A stretch of DNA of 64,000 bases from Rhodothermales bacterium (lineage in GTDB: Bacteria; Bacteroidota; Rhodothermia; Rhodothermales; VXPQ01): positions 1 to 64,000 of the forward strand of contig JBBDTI010000067.1 in NCBI GenBank assembly GCA_040904565.1, given 5' to 3'. Position 1 is the first letter of the stretch. The number at the start of each line of letters is the position of its first letter. The translations under genes were made by a program, and so were the position numbers. The notes below the pieces were generated by a model. The model made no database searches. It saw nothing but the letters and a program-made list of their open reading frames with translations, and was not told the DNA's origin. Positions 17,357 through 28,289 of this stretch are shown piece by piece.

Positions 17357-20300
17357 ATGTTTGCGCACCTGCACGTCCGGAGCTGGTTTTCGTTTCTCGC
17401 CGGGGGCTCGGCGCCGGTGGACTACGTCGAGCAGGCGAGCGAGATGGGCATGAAGGCGATGGCTCTGACGGACGCAGACGGCGTGTACGGCGTCGTCCAA
17501 TTTCAACAGGCCTGTAAGGAGGTAGGCATCAAGCCGCTTTTCGGCGCCGAGGTGCGGGTGGCGGCCGATGAAGCCGGAGGCGGCTCATCGCAATCGAAGG
17601 ACGACGTCCCGGCGCAAACCGGTCCGCTCGTGCTTCTGGCCGCCACCCTGAACGGCTATTCCAACCTGTGCCGCATCCTCACGGCCGCACACCTGCGCGA
17701 TCGGGCCGAGCCGCACGCATTCATCAGCGACCTGGCCGAGCACGGGGAGGATCTCTTCTGCCTTACCGGCACCTGCGGCAGCCGGCTCTGGGCGCTGCTC
17801 GATGCCGGGAGGCTTGAAAGTGCGCGCAGGTGGGTCGTGCGACTCGAGGAGCTCTTCGGGGACCGCCTCTCCATCGAGGCGGCCCATCACCTGCTTCCGG
17901 GAGACAGGCGTAGGCTGCAGCGCCTTCGCGCGCTTTCCGACCGGACGGATATCCCGCTCGTGGCGACGGGCGACGTGCGCTATGCCGTTCCGGAGCATTA
18001 CCGGCGATACGACCTGATGACCTGCATACGGCATGGCATCACCGTGTTCGATGGACATCCCGAACGGCCCCGCAACGCCGAAGCCTACGTGAAGGAGGAG
18101 GCGGCGATGCGGAAGCTCATCCCGTGGCCGGATGCCTTCAAACGGGCGGGACAGATCGCGGAGGCGTGTCACGTCGACCTCCTGCCGGGCTACATCACCC
18201 CTCCGGCCGCGCGCGTGAAAACCGGCGAATCCTGCAAGGAGCACCTCATTCGGCTGTGTCGCGAAGGCTTCGAACGGCGATATGGAACCTTCCCACCGGA
18301 TAAGGAGCGTGCCGCCGGAGCGGGGGATCCTGCTAACCGTTCTCCGGCAACCGCCACCCGACGAGAGTCCCCTGCCAATCGAAATCGCGCAGCGGCGACA
18401 TTGAAGAAAGAGCTGAAGGTCATTCTGGATCTCAACCTGGAAGAATTCTTTCTGGTCGTGCACGAGATCGTCGAAGAGGCCCGCCGGCGGGGCATCCGGT
18501 GCGCGGGCCGCGGCTCGGCGGCCAACTCGATCGTGGCCTATTTGCTCGGTATCACGGAGGTGGATCCGCTCAAGCACCGGCTGCTCTTCGAGCGGTTTCT
18601 GCACGGCGGGCGGAAAGGGACGCCCGACATCGACGTGGACTTCGACTCGGAGCGCCGGGGGGAAGTCATTGCGTGGATGGAAGAACGCTTCGGGATGGAG
18701 CAGACGGCCATGACGGCGACGCTGGTGACCTATCGCCTCCGCTCGGCGGTCCGTGACGTGGCGAAGGCGCTCGGCTGGCCGATGGAAACGGTCAACCGGC
18801 TGTCGAAGGCCGTGCCGCCCTCCCGCGCCGACGGCGCGCGGGACCATCGCGTGAGCCTGGAGCAGGTCGCGCGCTCCTCGCCGCTGCTGGATACGCTGAT
18901 CGACATGGTGGAGTCTCTGGCCGACTGCCCCCGCCACCTGGGGCTCCATTCCGGCGGGATGGTGCTGTCCCGCAAGCCGCTCCACCACTTTACACCCGTG
19001 CAGGTTTCCGCCAATGGTGTCAAGATGGTGCAGTTCGACAAATACGACGTGGAAGCGCTCGGACTGGTCAAGCTGGACGTGCTCGGCCTGCGCATGCTGG
19101 CTTCCGTGAGCGAGGCGGTAGAGCTGATCCAGCGGCACGAGGATCCGGACTTCCGTCTGGAAACCATTCCGTTCGACGATACGCAGACGTTCAACATGAT
19201 CCGCGCGAGCGAAACGCTCGGCACGTTTCAAATCGAGTCGCAGGGACAGCTTCACCTCCTCGCACAGCATCAGCCCGAAACGTTCGACGATCTCATCACG
19301 GAGATCGCGCTCTTCCGCCCGGGCCCGCTGCAGGGCGGCATGGTGCATCCTTTCGTTCGCCGCCGCCGCGGCGAGGAACCCGTCACGTACGACCATCCCG
19401 ACCTCGAACCGGTGCTGAAGGATACCTACGGGATCATCCTCTTTCAGGAGCAGGTGCTGGAAGTCGCGCACACGTTCGCGGGGATGTCGCTGTCGGAGGC
19501 CGACGACTTTCGCGCGTTGATGTCCCGATTCCGGGACCCGGGCGAGATGGAGCAGATGCGCGACCGCTTCGTGTCGGGGGCCGTACGGCGCGGGGTGGAT
19601 GAGCCGACGGCCAACGACGTATTCGACAAGGTGTCCAGCTTCGTGGGATACGGCTTCTGCCGGAGTCATGCGGCGGCCTTCGCCAAGACGGTCTACGAAT
19701 CCTGTTATTTGAAGAAGCACCACACGGCGGCTTTCATGGCGGCCGTCATGCAGCACCGGCCGGGCATGTATAACCTGATGACCCTGCAGGAGGAGGCACG
19801 CCGCTTCGGCGTGTGTACGCTGCCGCCCGATGTGAACGTTTCGGGGGTGCGCTATGAGGTGGAACGCCTGGGGGAGGCGGACTCGGCCGGCAAGCGAGCC
19901 GAGCGGCAGGGTGATGGAAAGCGATGGACCGGTGCCTCACCCCTCGCCATCCGCAAACCCTTCACGGCCATCCAGGAGCTCTCGGTGGACGATGCGCGCC
20001 ATATCGTGTGGGAGCGCCTGCGGGGCGGCCCGTTTGCGGACGTGGAAGACTTCTATCGGCGGATGCCGCTGGAAGCGGACGCGCTGCGCAGCCTCGCACG
20101 CTCCGGTGCGTTCGATGCGCTGGTGGAAGACAGCCGCCGGGCGCTGTGGGAGGTTGGTCTCCTGCTTCGGAGCCCGGTTCCGAGAGGTCGCCGGATGTCG
20201 GGAGAGCTGTTTCCGGTACGAGCCTTCACGGAAGACGACATTCCCGATTTGCCCGCCCTGAAGGAGCAGGAGCGCCTGAGCTGGGACTACGAGACGCACG

Positions 20301-20749
20301 GCAGCGCCCGCCGGCATCCCATGACGTTGCTGCGGCGCACGCTCAGCGAGCTGGAAATCCGTCCGATCGAGACGTGCTACCGCATCGGGCGGTACTTTAC
20401 GGCACGCGGTGGCGGACAGGGGTATCCCATCGTGACGGTAGCGGGATTATCCGTGCTGCGCCAACGTCCGCCGACGGCGAAGGGCGTCATGTTCGTGACG
20501 CTGGAAGATGAAACCGGCTTCGTGCAGTGCGTCGTACGTCCGGATGTGCTCGAACACCTGGACCACGTCCTCCGACGCAGCGCACTGATCGTCCGGGGCG
20601 AGCTCCACATCCGGGGCAACTGGCGGGGAGTGGTCGTCACCAATGCATGGGCGCTGGACGGCATCTTCGGGGGGTACGACGGCCATCCGTGCCATGCCGG
20701 CGGCCGGGATACGCTGGTGGTTCGTGCCGATGAGACGGCCGCGAACTGA
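17357..20749 (+). CDS. dnaE2: Error-prone DNA polymerase III alpha subunit DnaE2 (ImuC)
   Basis: AHLHVRSWFSFL, GRGSAANS, PDIDVDF, HLGLHSGG, KLDVLGL, YGFCRSHA, RQRPPTAKG..TLEDETG. Confidence 0.95.
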   Translation: MFAHLHVRSWFSFLAGGSAPVDYVEQASEMGMKAMALTDADGVYGVVQFQQACKEVGIKPLFGAEVRVAADEAGGGSSQSKDDVPAQTGPLVLLAATLNGYSNLCRILTAAHLRDRAEPHAFISDLAEHGEDLFCLTGTCGSRLWALLDAGRLESARRWVVRLEELFGDRLSIEAAHHLLPGDRRRLQRLRALSDRTDIPLVATGDVRYAVPEHYRRYDLMTCIRHGITVFDGHPERPRNAEAYVKEEAAMRKLIPWPDAFKRAGQIAEACHVDLLPGYITPPAARVKTGESCKEHLIRLCREGFERRYGTFPPDKERAAGAGDPANRSPATATRRESPANRNRAAATLKKELKVILDLNLEEFFLVVHEIVEEARRRGIRCAGRGSAANSIVAYLLGITEVDPLKHRLLFERFLHGGRKGTPDIDVDFDSERRGEVIAWMEERFGMEQTAMTATLVTYRLRSAVRDVAKALGWPMETVNRLSKAVPPSRADGARDHRVSLEQVARSSPLLDTLIDMVESLADCPRHLGLHSGGMVLSRKPLHHFTPVQVSANGVKMVQFDKYDVEALGLVKLDVLGLRMLASVSEAVELIQRHEDPDFRLETIPFDDTQTFNMIRASETLGTFQIESQGQLHLLAQHQPETFDDLITEIALFRPGPLQGGMVHPFVRRRRGEEPVTYDHPDLEPVLKDTYGIILFQEQVLEVAHTFAGMSLSEADDFRALMSRFRDPGEMEQMRDRFVSGAVRRGVDEPTANDVFDKVSSFVGYGFCRSHAAAFAKTVYESCYLKKHHTAAFMAAVMQHRPGMYNLMTLQEEARRFGVCTLPPDVNVSGVRYEVERLGEADSAGKRAERQGDGKRWTGASPLAIRKPFTAIQELSVDDARHIVWERLRGGPFADVEDFYRRMPLEADALRSLARSGAFDALVEDSRRALWEVGLLLRSPVPRGRRMSGELFPVRAFTEDDIPDLPALKEQERLSWDYETHGSARRHPMTLLRRTLSELEIRPIETCYRIGRYFTARGGGQGYPIVTVAGLSVLRQRPPTAKGVMFVTLEDETGFVQCVVRPDVLEHLDHVLRRSALIVRGELHIRGNWRGVVVTNAWALDGIFGGYDGHPCHAGGRDTLVVRADETAAN

Positions 20750-20859
20750 GGGCCGGCGTCAGCATTCGCCACGCCATTCTTTTCCCGAACCACCCTCTCC
20801 TACATCCATCCTCCTTCACCGTCCGTCGGTCACCGACGTACGCCGTCGACCATCCGGCA

Positions 20860-21291
20860 TCACCCCGCGTCGATCGTACCACTGCCACGACCCGCCTCCG
20901 TCGCCGAGGGAGCCGTAGAGCCGGTCGCCTGGCTGAAGACGAGCACCCGCCCGTCGACGTCTCGAATCATGAATTCGGCCGAGCCAAAGAGCGTCGGCTC
21001 GAGCGAACGAACCACGCGTACCTCGTCTTTGATGCGATGGTAGAGATCCACGATATCGTTGACCTGGATGTGGAGCATCAGCTGATTTTCCAGGGCCGGA
21101 TCGAGATACGGAAGCGGTGCATACACGTCGAGCGACCGGAATATAATCTCGACATCACCTCGCTTCAGGTGGGCACGCGTGACATCGCCGCGGCCTCGCA
21201 CGGCCAGGAGGTCGAATCCCAGCAGCTGCCGGTAGAATTCCACGGAACGTTCGACGTCCGCTACGGGAATGTTTGGAATCAGCTTCAGCAT
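20860..21291 (-). CDS. VOC/glyoxalase-bleomycin resistance family protein
   Basis: LIPNIPVADVERSVEFYRQLLGF..FGSAEFMIRDVDGRVLVF. Confidence 0.85.
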   Translation of the reverse strand: MLKLIPNIPVADVERSVEFYRQLLGFDLLAVRGRGDVTRAHLKRGDVEIIFRSLDVYAPLPYLDPALENQLMLHIQVNDIVDLYHRIKDEVRVVRSLEPTLFGSAEFMIRDVDGRVLVFSQATGSTAPSATEAGRGSGTIDAG

Positions 21292-21544
21292 CGGTATCTG
21301 GTGCACGGTCGCACCGTCGATCTCCAGGGTCTTCACGATCCATGTCGGCTCGATCGGCGAAATCGTTAAAGCTACACCGTCAAGCCGGCTTCCGGCTGTT
21401 GGACGTCGGGCAACGAGACCATTAAACATAGCGCGAATGGGCGGCAAAATCTCAAGGACCGTATGAAATCTGCTGCGTGCCGGGATGATCACTATATTTG
21501 TGTCGATTGGACTACGCCGACATCCGAATGCCATGCCCATTGAT

Positions 21545-22690
21545 ATGTCTCGAAGCTCTTCCATCAATCAGGCCCTCAATCAAGCGCCCCTGGGCGCGGC
21601 ACTTCTCGCCGTCGTATTCCTGACGGCGTGCACCGGCGGTCCCGAGGTCCAGCCGGAGGGCCGATGGTTCAAGGGAAATACGCACGCCCACACGGTATTG
21701 AGCGGACATGGTGATACGTCGCCCGACAGCGTCGCTCGCTGGTATCTCGACCGTGACTACCATTTCCTGATCCTCAGCGAACACAATCAGTTCATCCGGC
21801 CCGACTCGGTAGATCTTCCGCCGGATCGCAGAGACGACTTCATCCTCATACCGGGGGAAGAGGTAACCGGCCATCAGGTGATCCATACTACGGCGATGAA
21901 TGTAGATGGACTGGTCGATTGGACGGCCGATCACGACCACAAGCACGAGATCATCCAGAGCCACGTCGACAGCACGATCCATGCCGGCGGCACCCCTATA
22001 TTGAATCATCCGAATTTCCGGTGGGCCGTCGAAGCGTCCGACATTCGCCCCGTACGGCGACTGCATATGTTCGAGCTGTACAACGGACATCCCGAAGTGC
22101 ATAATTTTGGTGATTCGGCCCACGTCTCCATTGAGGACATGTGGGACGAACTCCTGACGGACGGCATGCTGATTTATGGGGTTTCGTCGGACGACGCCCA
22201 CGAATTCCGGACGTGGAGCACGGACGTCTCGAATCCCGGACGTGGATGGGTGATGGTTCGGTCCGACTCCCTTACACCGACGGCTATCACCCGGGCGATG
22301 CGGGGCGGCAGATTCTATGCGACCAGCGGCGTCATCCTGGACGACGTACGCCGGACATCTGACTATGCGCTCCGGGTGGACGAGGAAGCGACGCGCCGCG
22401 CGATGGGTTCGCCGTATCTGACGGGGCATCACGTCGAGGACGGTGAGCCCGGCTTCGAGCTGCAGTTTATCGGACCTGGCGGCAACGTGCTGCGCCGGGT
22501 TCGCGGGACGGAGGCAGCGTACGCCGTCCCCAAGGATCTCGCGTACGTGAGGGCAAAAGTCATCTATCGGCGCCTGCGATCGGGAGGCGGGCTGGAGGCC
22601 TTCTATGCGTGGACGCAGCCCTTCTTCACGGATGAACGGGCCGAGCTGGCGCGTGCTTACGAGGAGGACGGGTATCTGGGAGCGCCGTGA
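21545..22690 (+). CDS. PHP-domain (CehA/McbA-like) metallohydrolase lipoprotein
   Basis: Lipobox LTAC, WFKGNTHAH, LSEHN, GEEVT, NHP, SDDAH. Confidence 0.82.
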   Translation: MSRSSSINQALNQAPLGAALLAVVFLTACTGGPEVQPEGRWFKGNTHAHTVLSGHGDTSPDSVARWYLDRDYHFLILSEHNQFIRPDSVDLPPDRRDDFILIPGEEVTGHQVIHTTAMNVDGLVDWTADHDHKHEIIQSHVDSTIHAGGTPILNHPNFRWAVEASDIRPVRRLHMFELYNGHPEVHNFGDSAHVSIEDMWDELLTDGMLIYGVSSDDAHEFRTWSTDVSNPGRGWVMVRSDSLTPTAITRAMRGGRFYATSGVILDDVRRTSDYALRVDEEATRRAMGSPYLTGHHVEDGEPGFELQFIGPGGNVLRRVRGTEAAYAVPKDLAYVRAKVIYRRLRSGGGLEAFYAWTQPFFTDERAELARAYEEDGYLGAP

Positions 22691-22861
22691 GAAGGTGCCG
22701 TGAGAAGCGCGTTATGCCGGCGACGCCTGGACGAGAAGTGCACGTTGTCGTAGCAAGAATTCGTGAAGCCGCACGCACGCCCTTCTCCCTGCCGGAAGGT
22801 ATCGCGCCGCCCGCCGTAGAACCGAACGGAACGCACCACTCCCTAACGCAAACCTTGAAGC

Positions 22862-25129
22862 ATGGCGGAAACGACGCTGCAGCACCCGGACGTGAACCTG
22901 GAAGCCGGAAAGGAGCACGGGATGACCGAGGAAGAGTACGGATGGATGGTCGAGCGTCTGGGGCGCACGCCCACGTTCGTAGAACTCGGCATCTATTCGG
23001 TGATGTGGAGCGAGCACTGTTCGTACAAGAATTCCATCGCCGTCCTGAAGACGCTGCCTCGTGAAGGGGAGGCGTTGCTCGTCGGTGCGGGAGAGGAAAA
23101 TGCCGGGCTGGTCGATATCGGTGACGGTCTCGGCGTCGCGTTCAAGATCGAATCCCACAACCATCCATCCGCCGTCGAACCCTATCAGGGAGCGGCAACC
23201 GGCGTCGGCGGCATCCAGCGCGACATTTTCACGATGGGCGCCCGGCCGATCTGTTCGCTGAACTCACTCCGCTTCGGGGAGCTCGAGAATCCACGCGTAC
23301 GCTACCTGTTCGACGGCGTCGTCCGTGGGATCGGGGATTACGGTAACTCGTTCGGCGTTCCTACGGTAGCGGGCGAAGTGTACTTCGATCCGTCCTACGA
23401 AGGCAACCCGCTCGTCAACGCGATGAGCGTCGGCATCGTAAAGGCCGGCGAGACGGCCTCTGCCATCGCCGACGGGGTTGGCAATCCCGTGTACATCGTC
23501 GGCTCGTCGACGGGCCGCGACGGCATCCACGGCGCTACGTTCGCTTCCGAAGAGATCTCTGAGGAGAGTGAGGCCAAGCGTCCGAGCGTTCAGGTCGGCG
23601 ATCCGTTCACGGAGAAGCTGTTGCTCGAGGCCTCCCTCGAAGCGATCGCGACGGGTGCCGTCGTGGGCATCCAGGATATGGGCGCGGCCGGACTCACGTG
23701 CTCGTCGTGCGAGATGAGTGCGAAGGGCGGACGCGGTATGATCATCCATGCCGACAAGGTGCCCACCCGCGAGCTCGGGATGACGCCGTATGAAATCATG
23801 CTCTCCGAAAGCCAGGAGCGGATGCTTATCGTATGCGAGAAGGGTCGTGAGTCCGAAATCGAAGACGTGTTCGAGAAGTGGGACTTGCACGCCGAGCGCA
23901 TCGGCGTTGTCACGGAAGAGCCGCGCGTGAAAATCTACTGGCACGGTGACGTCGTGGCGGACGTGGAGGCCGATCACCTCGTGCTGGGCGGCGGCGCCCC
24001 CGTGTATTACCGCGAGACGCGTCGTCCGGGATATCTCGATGAGATCGGCCTCGAACTCGATGAGGTGGACGACGTCCATGCGGATGCTGGCCAACAGCGG
24101 CTGCTGGACCTGCTCGGCTCTCCGAATATCGCGTCGAAGCGCTGGGTCTTCGAGCAGTACGATACGATGGTGCGGACGAACACCCTCGTCGGACCGGGAG
24201 CGAGCGATGCGGCCGTGGTGCGCATCAAGGGTACCGGCAAGGGGTTGGCCGTGAAGACGGATTGCAACGGTCGCTACGTGTATCTGGACCCGAGACAGGG
24301 TGGACGTATCGCGGTCGCCGAGGCCGCCCGCAACGTCGTGTGCTCGGGAGGCAAACCCGTAGCCATCACAAACTGCCTCAATTTCGGAAATCCCTACAAG
24401 CCGGAGGTCTACTGGACGTTCAAGGAGGCCGTTGGCGGAATGGGTGATGCGTGCCGGCGGTTCAACACGCCCGTAACCGGCGGGAACGTATCCTTCTACA
24501 ATGAGAATCCCGACAGTGCGGTGTTTCCGACTCCGACGATAGGCATGCTGGGCATCGTGCGGAACGTGGAGACCGACGTGACGACGGTGCCGTTCAAGGT
24601 CGAGGGCGACGACGTATATCTGCTGTCGCCGGCGGACTGGGTGCACCGCGACGACCTGAACGGGTCGGAGTACCTCGCCCGCGTTCATGGAATGACCCGC
24701 GGCGGGGCACCGCACATGGATCTCGACGAAGAGGTCGCCGTGCAGGAGGCCATGCTGGAACTGATTCGCCAGAGCCAGGTGCGCAGTGCACACGACGTAT
24801 CCGACGGTGGACTTGCCGTGGCCCTGGCTGAATGCGTTCTTCATCCACCGAGCCTGGGTGCTTCGATCGAGCTCGAATCCGGCGGCGTCCGGCTCGACGC
24901 CCTGCTGTTCGGCGAGGCGCAATCGCGTATTGTTTTCAGCGCATCGCCGGAGCGGGCGGAAGAAATTCGGCAGACGGTCGACGGGGTCGGCGTACAGTTG
25001 ACCCGCATCGGGTCGGTGCAGCCGGGCGCGCTCAAGATTGAGGTGGATGGACGTTCGATCGTCGAGGCGACGCCCGACGAGCTGCGTGATCCGTATGAGT
25101 CGTGCATTCCGGACTACATGAACCGCTAA
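22862..25129 (+). CDS. purL: Phosphoribosylformylglycinamidine synthase subunit PurL
   Basis: [47 protein letters not shown]. Confidence 0.98.
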   Translation: MAETTLQHPDVNLEAGKEHGMTEEEYGWMVERLGRTPTFVELGIYSVMWSEHCSYKNSIAVLKTLPREGEALLVGAGEENAGLVDIGDGLGVAFKIESHNHPSAVEPYQGAATGVGGIQRDIFTMGARPICSLNSLRFGELENPRVRYLFDGVVRGIGDYGNSFGVPTVAGEVYFDPSYEGNPLVNAMSVGIVKAGETASAIADGVGNPVYIVGSSTGRDGIHGATFASEEISEESEAKRPSVQVGDPFTEKLLLEASLEAIATGAVVGIQDMGAAGLTCSSCEMSAKGGRGMIIHADKVPTRELGMTPYEIMLSESQERMLIVCEKGRESEIEDVFEKWDLHAERIGVVTEEPRVKIYWHGDVVADVEADHLVLGGGAPVYYRETRRPGYLDEIGLELDEVDDVHADAGQQRLLDLLGSPNIASKRWVFEQYDTMVRTNTLVGPGASDAAVVRIKGTGKGLAVKTDCNGRYVYLDPRQGGRIAVAEAARNVVCSGGKPVAITNCLNFGNPYKPEVYWTFKEAVGGMGDACRRFNTPVTGGNVSFYNENPDSAVFPTPTIGMLGIVRNVETDVTTVPFKVEGDDVYLLSPADWVHRDDLNGSEYLARVHGMTRGGAPHMDLDEEVAVQEAMLELIRQSQVRSAHDVSDGGLAVALAECVLHPPSLGASIELESGGVRLDALLFGEAQSRIVFSASPERAEEIRQTVDGVGVQLTRIGSVQPGALKIEVDGRSIVEATPDELRDPYESCIPDYMNR

Positions 25130-25315
25130 CGAGACGGCGGGCCGTCGCCCGACCGGGTCGCACCGAACGTATCAACTGGACCGATATGCCGCCCTCCTCG
25201 AGGTGGCCCGGTCCAGCATTGAAACCAACGTTCACAGCCTCTTGTTGTAACACATCGCGACGCCGCGGCTACAAAAGGCCGAAACAGGAGAATAAGTTAT
25301 TATTAGAGGGACGAT

Positions 25316-25657
25316 ATGGCTGATACAAAGCCGCTTACGGTAACGGATAGCACATTCAAGGATGAGGTCGTCGGATCGGACGTTCCAGTGCTCGTCGATT
25401 TCTGGGCCGAATGGTGCGGGCCGTGCCGGATGATCGCGCCGATGGTAGTGGAGCTTGCCGAAGAGTTCGACGGGCGTGCGAAGATCACGAAAGTCGACGT
25501 CGACAGCAACCCAAAGATTGCGATGCAGTTCGGCATTCGCTCTATTCCAACGTTGTTGTTCTTTAAGGATGGGGAAGTCGTCGATCAGCTGATCGGTGCT
25601 TCTTCGAAGAAGGTGCTTTCCGACAAGCTGGAAGCGCTCGTTTCGCAGCCGGCGTAA
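25316..25657 (+). CDS. trxA: Thioredoxin
   Basis: [13 protein letters not shown]. Confidence 0.97.
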   Translation: MADTKPLTVTDSTFKDEVVGSDVPVLVDFWAEWCGPCRMIAPMVVELAEEFDGRAKITKVDVDSNPKIAMQFGIRSIPTLLFFKDGEVVDQLIGASSKKVLSDKLEALVSQPA

Positions 25658-25754
25658 CCTGCTTTTCTCAAAGAACGGGGGCTGCGTCGCCTCCTGAATG
25701 GGAGGACGCGGCTTTGCAGCGAGCACTGGACCATCATTAATCAGGACAGCACCT

Positions 25755-26831
25755 ATGGCTGAAGAGTTACAGCCGGACTTGTCGGCGTTTGATCGAGTCG
25801 ACTTCTCCGAAGCGGAAAATAGAACTGTCGTGATCATAGGAACGGGCCCGGCCGGGCTTACGGCCGCGCTCTATTCGGCGCGAGCCAATCTCGAGCCCGT
25901 AGTCTTTCAGGGGCCGGAGCCGGGCGGACAACTGATGACGACGACCGACGTAGAGAATTATCCCGGATTTCCGGACGGCATTCTGGGTCCCGAGATGATG
26001 CAGCTCTTCGAGGCGCAATCCTCGCGATTCGGTGCGGATCTGCGTTACGGCACCGTGACGGCCGTCGATCTTTCCCGGCGTCCCTATCGCCTTCTGGTCG
26101 ACGACGAGAAGGCGATCTGGGCGCAGACCATCATTATTTCCACCGGAGCGTCGGCGAAGTATCTCGGCCTCGATAATGAAAAACGATTGCTGGGACGCGG
26201 CGTCTCGGCCTGCGCGACGTGCGACGGCGCCTTCTTTCGAGACGTCGACGTGGCTGTGGCCGGCGGTGGCGACACGGCCATGGAAGAAGCGCTGTTCTTG
26301 ACGCGGTTCGCCTCTAAGGTTTTCGTCATCCATCGCCGCGACGAGCTGCGTGCGTCGAAGATCATGCAGGAGCGTGCGATGGACAACGACAAGATCGAGT
26401 TCATCTGGAACACGGTCGTTACCGATGTCCTGGGCGACAACCAGGTAGCGGGCCTTAGACTAAAGAACACGGAAGACGACACCGAGTCGGAGCTGCCCGT
26501 GGAAGGCTTTTTCGTGGCGATCGGGCACAAGCCGAACACCGACATCTTCGAAGGGTGGCTCGACATGGACGACAAGGGCTACATCCTGACGAAGCCTGAC
26601 TCGACGCATACGAACGTCCCCGGCGTGTTTGCCAGTGGTGATGCGCAGGATCACGTGTATCGCCAGGCGGTTACGGCAGCCGGAACCGGCTGTATGGCGG
26701 CGATCGATGCCGAACGCTGGCTGGCGGAGCACAGCGTGATAGAAGTCCCGCGGACGGCGACGGAATATCATGCTGCGGCCGCTGTTGAGAGCGAAGAACA
26801 GGAAGGCCTGGTGGAGAAGGGTGCCGAATAG
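25755..26831 (+). CDS. trxB: Thioredoxin-disulfide reductase
   Basis: IGTGPAG, ENYPGF, CATCD, GGGDTA, YRQAVTAAG. Confidence 0.97.
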   Translation: MAEELQPDLSAFDRVDFSEAENRTVVIIGTGPAGLTAALYSARANLEPVVFQGPEPGGQLMTTTDVENYPGFPDGILGPEMMQLFEAQSSRFGADLRYGTVTAVDLSRRPYRLLVDDEKAIWAQTIIISTGASAKYLGLDNEKRLLGRGVSACATCDGAFFRDVDVAVAGGGDTAMEEALFLTRFASKVFVIHRRDELRASKIMQERAMDNDKIEFIWNTVVTDVLGDNQVAGLRLKNTEDDTESELPVEGFFVAIGHKPNTDIFEGWLDMDDKGYILTKPDSTHTNVPGVFASGDAQDHVYRQAVTAAGTGCMAAIDAERWLAEHSVIEVPRTATEYHAAAAVESEEQEGLVEKGAE

Positions 26832-27255
26832 TCGCCCCGCGCTATGGCTTGGGCCGGCGAGCGGGTTCCTGCTCGCATTGATACTGGTCGGTTCAGGATG
26901 TTCTACGCAGGAGCCTTCTGTCGCGGCGGAAGCCGCTACCGATTCGATACAGGCGGCCCCGGCTCCGACCGCACCCACGGAACGTCGCCTCGAATCCGGG
27001 GACCAGACGGTGAGCCAGCGCCTTCGGGACGCCTCGTTGGCTGCGGAGATACAGCTGGCGCTTATGGATGAACGGGCGCTTCGAGCCTTTCGCTTCGACC
27101 CGGTCGTGGTAGACGGACAGGTCCTGTTGCAGGGCAACGTGGAAACGCTGGATCAGCGCGAGCGCGCGGCATCCGTGGCGGCCTCGGTGCCCGGCGTGCA
27201 GGACGTCATCAACGAGGTCACGTCGACGGAGTCGCCGGTGGCAGCGACGCCGTAA
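26821..27255 (+). CDS. BON-domain lipoprotein
   Basis: Hydrophobic leader with GSGC; DASLAAEI..GQVLLQGNV..VPGVQDVINEV. Confidence 0.8.
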   Translation: MPNSRPALWLGPASGFLLALILVGSGCSTQEPSVAAEAATDSIQAAPAPTAPTERRLESGDQTVSQRLRDASLAAEIQLALMDERALRAFRFDPVVVDGQVLLQGNVETLDQRERAASVAASVPGVQDVINEVTSTESPVAATP

Positions 27256-27339
27256 GGTGCCGGCGCGACACGAGCCCGAAGGGCGACGGACGAGCGCAGC
27301 GAGTAAGTGCAACGCGGACCGCGAAATTTATCAACGGTC

Positions 27340-28203
27340 CTAGCTCTTGAACAGGTGGCGCAGTACGAACCAGACGTTTTCTTTCCGCTCTCGTAGTCTG
27401 CGGCTGAAGTACGGCATCCATTCCGTCCCATACGGTAGATAAACCCGCATGCGGTAGCCGTCCTGCGCGATCTGTTTCTGGGTCTCGGGACGGATGCCGT
27501 ACAGCATCTGGTATTCGAAGCGGTCGCGGTCGATGCTTTGTGCCTCCACGAACGCCCGGGTCGCGCTCAGCAGCAGGTCGTCGTGCGTGGCGATGCCGGG
27601 ATATCGGGCCTGCTCGATCAAGCGCTGGGCGTAGACCAGAAACCGTTCGCGAATGACGTCCATGTTCTGATAGGCGATCTCCGCCGGCTCGTTGTAGGCC
27701 CCCTTGCAGATGCGGACGCGTGCATTCAGTTCGCACATCCGTTCGACGTCCCGCTCCGTCCGCTTCAGATAGGCCTGGAGTACGACGCCGACGTGATTCG
27801 GATAGTGTGGGTAGACCGTTTCGAAGAGGTTGAGCGTAGACGCCGTGGTATCGCTGCCTTCCATGTCGAGGCGGATGAAGACGTCCCGGTCGGCGGCGAC
27901 GTCGAGGAGGTGCCGCAGGTTATCGAGACAGAATGCCTCGTCGATCTTCTGGCCGATCATCGACAGCTTGATCGATATGTTGGCGTCCAGGCCGCGTTCG
28001 TCGCGTTCCCGTGCGAGCGTGTGCACGAGGTCGATGTAGGCGTCTCGCGCACGGAGCGCTACCTCCCGGTCACGGACGTATTCCCCGAGGAGATCGAGCG
28101 CCACGTGCATGCCGTCGGCATTGAGGTCTCGAACCACGTCCAGAGCCTCCTCGAGCGTTTCTCCCGCGACGAACCGACGGGCGAGGAAGAAGAGAAGGCG
28201 CAT
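27340..28203 (-). CDS. Monofunctional proline dehydrogenase
   Basis: RRFVAGE, DLLGE, SIKLS, RLDME, RICKGAY, ATHD, QMLYG, YFSRRLRE. Confidence 0.93.
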   Translation of the reverse strand: MRLLFFLARRFVAGETLEEALDVVRDLNADGMHVALDLLGEYVRDREVALRARDAYIDLVHTLARERDERGLDANISIKLSMIGQKIDEAFCLDNLRHLLDVAADRDVFIRLDMEGSDTTASTLNLFETVYPHYPNHVGVVLQAYLKRTERDVERMCELNARVRICKGAYNEPAEIAYQNMDVIRERFLVYAQRLIEQARYPGIATHDDLLLSATRAFVEAQSIDRDRFEYQMLYGIRPETQKQIAQDGYRMRVYLPYGTEWMPYFSRRLRERKENVWFVLRHLFKS

Positions 28204-28289
28204 GGAACGATTAATCTGGGAGAGGAGAAACGGAATGGACACCGTGTTCCTGGAGCGCGGCGAACGTACGTGGAGGGACCGCGACAGCG

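Noticed and set aside
17585-19756. 723-aa antisense ORF over dnaE2
   Set aside because: Shadow ORF caused by high GC3 codon bias; no motifs; opposite a clearly real gene
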